The notes below the pieces were generated by a model. The model was not told the DNA's origin, did not search any database, and saw only the letters and a program-made list of their open reading frames with translations. From a virus (taxonomy: Duplodnaviria > Caudoviricetes), in IMG/VR virus record IMGVR_UViG_3300012000_000013, positions 1,712 through 65,711 of that record: 64,000 bases of DNA, one strand, 5' to 3'. Below, piece after piece: positions 58,216 through 64,000 of the stretch (positions within the stretch are counted from its first letter, which is position 1; every line of letters starts with the position of its first letter). The translations under genes and the position numbers were made by a program.

Positions 58216-58762
58216 AAAACATTACATAAACAATGCAGACTTCTTGGCTGCACTTATTGACTATAAAGAAAGATGTAAGAAAGCAAAGAAAGCCAAGAAA
58301 GAAGATCCACCAATTCCAAATTATGTTGGTGAATGTTTTCTAAAGATTGCAGAACACCTTTCTCGCAAACCTAATTTTGTATCATATTCTTTTCGTGATG
58401 AAATGATTGCAGATGGTATTGAGAATTGTATCCAATACTTCCGTAATTTTGATGAAACTAAATCAAAGAACCCATTTGCCTACTTTACACAAATTATTTA
58501 CTTTGCTTTTTTGCGTAGAATCCAAAAAGAAAAAAAACAACTGTATGTAAAGTATAAGGCAACACAACAATTTGGTATGCTTGATGAAGGCGAAATGTAT
58601 GAAGATGTTGATGGTCATATGAAACAGTTTGAACTCTATGATAACATTGCTGAGTTTATTGAAACATTTGAAGAAGCTAAAGAAAAGAAAAAAAAATCTA
58701 AGACAAAAGGATTAGAGAAGTTTCTTGACGCTGACGAATTGGATATTCCAAAAGAACTATGA
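58208..58762 (+). CDS. gp55: late transcription sigma factor
   Basis: HYINNADF, IAEHLS-KPNF, EMIADGIENC, NPFAYFTQI.YFAFLRRI.KEKKQ. Confidence 0.96.
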   Translation: MSKKHYINNADFLAALIDYKERCKKAKKAKKEDPPIPNYVGECFLKIAEHLSRKPNFVSYSFRDEMIADGIENCIQYFRNFDETKSKNPFAYFTQIIYFAFLRRIQKEKKQLYVKYKATQQFGMLDEGEMYEDVDGHMKQFELYDNIAEFIETFEEAKEKKKKSKTKGLEKFLDADELDIPKEL

Positions 58763-59826
58763 AGATTGCTCTTATAAACGACACCCATGCAGGTGCTCGT
58801 GGTGATGACCCACGATTTAATGAATTCTTTTTTAAGTTTTGGGAAGGCACATTCTTTCCTTATCTAAAAGAAAACAACATTAAACACATCTGCCATCTTG
58901 GTGATGTTGTTGACCGCAGAAAGTTTATTTCATTTGTAACACTCAATTCTTGGCGTAAACGCTTCTTTGATGTATTACAGACAGAAGGCATTAATATGGA
59001 TGTGATTGTTGGTAACCATGATGTTACTTACAAGAACACCAATGAGATTAATGCTATGCATGAGTTGTTTGACCATTACACTAATATCAATGTGATGATT
59101 GAACCAAAAGATATGGAGTATGATGGTCTATCTGTTGCGATGATACCATGGATTAACTCAAGTAATTATGAACAAGCTTTAGAATTTCTAAAGACAACCA
59201 AATCGCAAGTAGTATTTGGACATTTTGAGATTGCTGGGTTTGAAATGGATAGAGGTAATGTGTGTCATACAGGAATGGACAAATCAACCTTTGATAGGTT
59301 TGATATGGTTCTATCTGGCCACTTTCATCATAAGTCTACCAATGGTTCTATTCACTATCTTGGTAATCAATATGAAATAACATGGGCAGATTATAATGAC
59401 CCTCGTGGTTTCCATGTGTTTGATACTGAAACAAGAGAGTTGACATTTGTTTCAAACCCTAATAGAATGTTTCATAAAATTAACTATGATGATGCAACAA
59501 CTGACTTTGCTTATTGGCAAAAATTTGATTATGCAGCCTTGAAAGATTGTTATGTAAAGATTGTAGTATTGAATAAACAAAACCCATATCTATTTGATAA
59601 TGTGTTAGATAATCTATACAAGGCAGGCATTGGTGATATTGCCATTGTTGAGGACTTTACCGATACGATTATTGAAGATGATAAAGACCTTGTGAATCAG
59701 GCAGAAGATACAATGACCATTCTATCCAAGTATATTGATAACTTGACATTGACTGTGGATAATGATAAACTTAAAACTTTAATGAAAGAGCTTTATGTTG
59801 AAGCTCTCACTACTGAAACTGAATGA
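58759..59826 (+). CDS. gp47: recombination endonuclease subunit (Mre11/SbcD-like)
   Basis: DTH-G, LGD..DRR, GNHD, GHFE, SGHFH. Confidence 0.95.
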   Translation: MKIALINDTHAGARGDDPRFNEFFFKFWEGTFFPYLKENNIKHICHLGDVVDRRKFISFVTLNSWRKRFFDVLQTEGINMDVIVGNHDVTYKNTNEINAMHELFDHYTNINVMIEPKDMEYDGLSVAMIPWINSSNYEQALEFLKTTKSQVVFGHFEIAGFEMDRGNVCHTGMDKSTFDRFDMVLSGHFHHKSTNGSIHYLGNQYEITWADYNDPRGFHVFDTETRELTFVSNPNRMFHKINYDDATTDFAYWQKFDYAALKDCYVKIVVLNKQNPYLFDNVLDNLYKAGIGDIAIVEDFTDTIIEDDKDLVNQAEDTMTILSKYIDNLTLTVDNDKLKTLMKELYVEALTTETE

Positions 59827-61535
59827 TATTATTTCGTAAAATAAAATGGAAAAATCTGTTAAGTACCGGTAACCACTTTACAGAGATACAGTTTGATAAG
59901 TCACCTAGCACACTAATAGTTGGTTCAAACGGAGCAGGTAAATCTACAATGCTTGATGCATTGTGTTTTGTTTTGTTTGGCAAGCCATTTCGCTCGGTGA
60001 ATAAACCATTGTTGTTGAATTCAATCAATGGTAAAGATTGTCTTGTTGAAGTTGAATTTAATTCTGGCAACAAGCACTATAAGATTGTTCGTGGCATTAA
60101 GCCAAATGTGTTTGAGATTTGGCAAGATGGTGAGATGATTAATCAAGATGCTGCTGTAAGAGATTACCAAGAATACCTTGAAAAGTTTATTCTTAAATTA
60201 AACTATAAATCATTTACACAAATTGTAATTCTTGGTTCAGCATCATTCACACCATTCATGCAATTGTCGGCATCTGACCGCAGAGCAATCATTGAAGAAC
60301 TTTTAGATATTCAGGTGTTTTCTGCCATGAACAATATTCTAAAAGACAAGATTACAATGAACAAAGATGCCACGACAACTAAAAAATATGACATTGATTT
60401 GGCTGAACAGAAGTATAACTTACAGAAAAAACATATTGATGAACTAAAACAAAACAATGAAGATAAGGTAAAAGAATATGAAGGTGAGATTAGTGGTAGT
60501 GCGAACACCATATCCACGCTGGCAGAACAGATTGAATTGTTCTCTAACGAAGTTCGACAGTTACAAATACTCGTCAATGCAAAGGCTGAAACAGAGGCTA
60601 AGGTCAAAAAGATTACAAAACTTGAATCGCAAATTGAAAGCAACTTATCCAAATTTCGTAAGGATATCAATTTCTTTCAACACAATGACGATTGTCCAAC
60701 GTGTAGGCAAGCCATTGCCATGGAATTCAAAGAGAAAGAACTTACCTTACTTGGTACCAAGGTTACGGAATGTGACCATGGTTTGCAAGAGTTAGAGAAG
60801 AAGTTATTAGCAGAACAAACTAAACTGAATTCAATCTCTGAAACACAAAAGAAAATTCAAGAATTGCAAATTGAAATTGCAACCAAAAATACCACTATTA
60901 CCGAAACAAACAAATATATTAAACGGTTAGAAAAACAGATTGAAGATTTGAAGTTAAACAAATCAACTACCGACAAAGAAGAACAAGAATTAAGTGTCAT
61001 AAATGAATCATTAAGTCAGTTAAAGCAACATTTAAGAACCCTTATAGATGAAAAAACATACTATGAGGTAGCATCAGGCTTGTTGAAAGATACAGGTATC
61101 AAGACCAAGATTATCAAACAGTATTTGCCAATCATCAATAAATTGGTAAACAAATATTTGGCATCATTTGATTTCTTTGTGAACTTTAACCTTGATGAAT
61201 CATTTAAAGAAACAATTAAGTCAAGGCACCGTGATGATTTTACCTATGATTCTTTTTCAGAAGGTGAAAAACAAAAGATTGATTTGGCACTATTGTTTAG
61301 TTGGCGTGCTGTTGCTAAACTGAAAAACTCTGCCAATACTAATCTATTAATACTTGATGAAGTGTTTGATTCCAGCCTTGATGCCAATGGCACAGAATAT
61401 CTAATGACCATATTGCAGATGTTAGAAGGCACAAATGTATTTGTTATCTCTCATAAGGGTGATATACTACAAGATAAATTCCGTAGTGTGGTTCGTTTTG
61501 AGAAGGTAAAAAACTTTAGTAGGATTGTAAAATGA
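59823..61535 (+). CDS. gp46: recombination endonuclease subunit (Rad50/SbcC-like)
   Basis: GSNGAGKST, CPTC zinc hook, FSEGEK, LDEVFDSSLD, ISHK. Confidence 0.96.
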   Translation: MILFRKIKWKNLLSTGNHFTEIQFDKSPSTLIVGSNGAGKSTMLDALCFVLFGKPFRSVNKPLLLNSINGKDCLVEVEFNSGNKHYKIVRGIKPNVFEIWQDGEMINQDAAVRDYQEYLEKFILKLNYKSFTQIVILGSASFTPFMQLSASDRRAIIEELLDIQVFSAMNNILKDKITMNKDATTTKKYDIDLAEQKYNLQKKHIDELKQNNEDKVKEYEGEISGSANTISTLAEQIELFSNEVRQLQILVNAKAETEAKVKKITKLESQIESNLSKFRKDINFFQHNDDCPTCRQAIAMEFKEKELTLLGTKVTECDHGLQELEKKLLAEQTKLNSISETQKKIQELQIEIATKNTTITETNKYIKRLEKQIEDLKLNKSTTDKEEQELSVINESLSQLKQHLRTLIDEKTYYEVASGLLKDTGIKTKIIKQYLPIINKLVNKYLASFDFFVNFNLDESFKETIKSRHRDDFTYDSFSEGEKQKIDLALLFSWRAVAKLKNSANTNLLILDEVFDSSLDANGTEYLMTILQMLEGTNVFVISHKGDILQDKFRSVVRFEKVKNFSRIVK

Positions 61536-62299
61536 ACTTTGAACATTATTTAAGAAACTATAAAGAAGTAATTGATAAAGAAGTAGAGGGTTGGTTTTAT
61601 CCTAAAGACATTATCATTACTTACGGCATATTAAAAGAATTACAAAAACCAAAAGGTGATGTGTGTGAGATTGGTGTTGCATATGGTAAAAGTGCCATTG
61701 CTATCTCACAGTTTATTGGTAACAATAACTTTTACTTGTATGATATCTTTTCTGAATCTGATAAAGAAAAAGCATCTGCTAATATTGCAAAGTTTGGTAA
61801 TGCAAACAATCTAATTTGGAGATTAGAAGATACAACAGAGTTGAAATATGATGATGTTGTTTTTCAGAATGAATTAAGATTTCTCCACATTGATGGTTGC
61901 CATGAACACTCAGCTGTGTTAAGTGATTTGCTATTGTTTAATACCAAAATGAGAGATGATGGCATCATTGCACTTGATGACTTTCAAGACCAAGAATTTC
62001 CTGGTGTTAATAGTGCAGCCTTTCAATTCTCATTATCAAATACTAATTATAAAAATTGGAGAATATTTGCGATTGGCGACAACAAAGCATATATGTGCCA
62101 AAAGAAATATGCCGAATTATATCAAAAGGCTTTGATAGATTACATTCAAAAGGCAAAAGAACAATACAATGTTCCATTTGCTATGCATTTGGGTTTGCGT
62201 GAACTTTTGGATATGAATGTTCTTATGTGTGATTCCAGAACGGCATGGGACCCACAGGTAATAAAAGAATCTTTGTTTGACAAACCAATGATAGGGTGA
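61532..62299 (+). CDS. class I SAM-dependent methyltransferase (Methyltransf_24-like)
   Basis: EIGVAYGKS, LHIDGCH, D...GII-LDD...PGV. Confidence 0.85.
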   Translation: MNFEHYLRNYKEVIDKEVEGWFYPKDIIITYGILKELQKPKGDVCEIGVAYGKSAIAISQFIGNNNFYLYDIFSESDKEKASANIAKFGNANNLIWRLEDTTELKYDDVVFQNELRFLHIDGCHEHSAVLSDLLLFNTKMRDDGIIALDDFQDQEFPGVNSAAFQFSLSNTNYKNWRIFAIGDNKAYMCQKKYAELYQKALIDYIQKAKEQYNVPFAMHLGLRELLDMNVLMCDSRTAWDPQVIKESLFDKPMIG

Positions 62300-62303
62300 T
62301 ATA

Positions 62304-62498
62304 ATGAGTGAATTCAAAAAATTAAGTGAGTATACCGATGGGCATAACCGAACAGGTCAAGTCTACCTAACAGGCGTAGGCAAATCTAGGTTTATGGCCT
62401 TGCTTTATGAAGCAGAAACAGATTATAATGATGCTAAGTATTTTGACAGAGAAGAAGATGCCGAAATTTGTGCAGAAGATTGGGTAATGAAAGCATGA
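62304..62498 (+). CDS. small hypothetical protein
   Basis: 64-aa ORF ending AE..AEDWV. Confidence 0.65.
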   Translation: MSEFKKLSEYTDGHNRTGQVYLTGVGKSRFMALLYEAETDYNDAKYFDREEDAEICAEDWVMKA

Positions 62499-63082
62499 GT
62501 GAAATGTTTATAATTAATACCGAAGAAGGTATTGTTAAAGAAAAAGAAGAAGTAATTGAGCCATTGTCTTTGTTTGATGATAATCATCCAATGCTTCTTC
62601 AGAAGATACCTGAATATGATGTTACACGATTGCCAAATCCCATTCTTGGTAAATTAATCAAGCGATTAAAGATGACCATGAAGTTACATGGTGGTATTGG
62701 ACTATCTGCTAATCAATGTGGCATATTTGAAAGAGTGTTTGTGTTGGGTGCAAACGATGCCATTTGGGCTTGTATCAATCCAAAAATTATTAATGCTTCG
62801 CCTGATTTAATTAGAGAGAAAGAAGGTTGTTTATCTTTTCCTGGATTGGCACTTGGTGTAGAAAGACATTCTTGGGTAGAAGCAGAATTCATCAACGAAG
62901 AATGTAGGGTTGTGCAAATGCGTTTTGAAGGTTTAACAGCAAGATGTTTTCAACACGAACTAGACCATATGAACGGCATTAAGTTTACAAGTAGAGTTAA
63001 ACCACTTGCATTACAGTTGGCAAAAAAACAACAACAGAAATTAATTAAGAAAATTACGAGATTGAAGAAACAACATGGTTGA
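62495..63082 (+). CDS. def: peptide deformylase
   Basis: GIGLSANQCG, EGCLS, QHELDH motifs; start set at ATG overlapping the upstream stop. Confidence 0.93.
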   Translation: MSEMFIINTEEGIVKEKEEVIEPLSLFDDNHPMLLQKIPEYDVTRLPNPILGKLIKRLKMTMKLHGGIGLSANQCGIFERVFVLGANDAIWACINPKIINASPDLIREKEGCLSFPGLALGVERHSWVEAEFINEECRVVQMRFEGLTARCFQHELDHMNGIKFTSRVKPLALQLAKKQQQKLIKKITRLKKQHG

Positions 63083-64000
63083 TCCTAAAGCTGATGTAGA
63101 AGAACAATGGAAGCAATGGCAAGATGAGAATCCGCCAAGTTCTTTTGTTAACATTGATGAGGGTTATCTTAAAGAGAAAACCATCAATGACTTAACCTAT
63201 GTTTCACAAATGGATGTAAAAGAATACACACTCTATCAAAAGTGGTGTGAAGTAAAAGAAAAGTATCCTACTGTTACCAATCAAACATTATTTGGTGAAG
63301 AAACACAATTAGTTGAACCTAACCAACAAAAGATTGTTGATGAAGTTAAATCTTCTATTTGGATTCCAACAGAAGCTGATGACTACCTAAAACTACAACC
63401 TGTATTAGAATACACAGATGATTCTGGTAAAGATATGCAGATTGGTATTGATGGTTCTACATTTGAAGTTGAGAAGAAACGAAGCAAAGACTTACCTGAA
63501 AGATGGAATACTGTTCGTAATTTCATTTCAACAATGAAGAACAATAGTAACATTGGTCGCAACCTAAACTTCTTGGTTCGTGACCAGGTGACTGGCAAGT
63601 ATCTAGGTGTCATCTGTATATCATCTGACTTCTTAGACCTTACTCCTCGTGATGAGAAGATTGGTTGGCCTCGTGAACTAAAGACACAAGGCAGTATGAT
63701 TAATCACACGGCAATTGGTTCTACTATTGTGCCATTTCAACCACTTGGTTTCAATTATGTTGGCGGTAAGTTATTGGCATTGCTCTGCCTGTCTGATGAA
63801 GTGCAAAGACTTTGGAAGAAACAGTATGGTGATGTTCTTGTTGGTGTAACTACTACATCATTGTATGGCAGAACAAAGGCAGATGGTCTATCACAATATG
63901 ATAATCTTGACCATTGGCAGAAAATGGGCTTCACGGCAGGTTCAGTATCATTTGAACCAAGTAGAGAAACTCGGTATGATATTATTAATTTGTTAAAGAA
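63075..64000 (+). CDS. DUF4338 (Druantia DruA-like) protein, truncated by window end
   Basis: Manual translation MVDPKADVEEQW...; NIGRNL-FLV-D..TGKYLG, GFNYVGGKLLALLC, TTTSLYG, SQY. Confidence 0.7.
   Translation, partial: MVDPKADVEEQWKQWQDENPPSSFVNIDEGYLKEKTINDLTYVSQMDVKEYTLYQKWCEVKEKYPTVTNQTLFGEETQLVEPNQQKIVDEVKSSIWIPTEADDYLKLQPVLEYTDDSGKDMQIGIDGSTFEVEKKRSKDLPERWNTVRNFISTMKNNSNIGRNLNFLVRDQVTGKYLGVICISSDFLDLTPRDEKIGWPRELKTQGSMINHTAIGSTIVPFQPLGFNYVGGKLLALLCLSDEVQRLWKKQYGDVLVGVTTTSLYGRTKADGLSQYDNLDHWQKMGFTAGSVSFEPSRETRYDIINLLK

Overview
This 64 kb window is a contiguous, AT-rich segment of a T4-like (Tevenvirinae/cyanomyophage-type) myovirus genome and covers almost the whole virion morphogenesis module. 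In order it holds: minus-strand gp51/gp26/gp54/gp2/gp4; baseplate genes gp48, gp53, gp27-like, a split gp5, gp25, gp6, gp7, gp8 and a 1976-aa VrlC/DUF4815-type protein; an ~18 kb cluster of fibre, adaptor and glycine-rich proteins interrupted by a free-standing HNH/NUMOD3 endonuclease; neck, tail, terminase and head genes gp13-gp23 with a Dps gene between gp16 and gp17; then gp3, uvsY, uvsW, gp55, gp47, gp46, a methyltransferase, a peptide deformylase and a truncated DUF4338-like gene. The most notable signals are: (1) an apparent 'plug-and-socket' code of short C-terminal peptides paired with cognate N-terminal domains across the fibre cluster; (2) a slippery T TTT TTC site that would fuse gp26 to gp51 by -1 frameshift; (3) Ala-Asn enrichment in virion proteins; (4) a split, lysozyme-less gp5 with an HxH tip; (5) many apparently leaderless genes; (6) a duplicated intergenic motif near gp4 and uvsW. 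All product calls come from motif recognition and synteny by eye; no database search was run.
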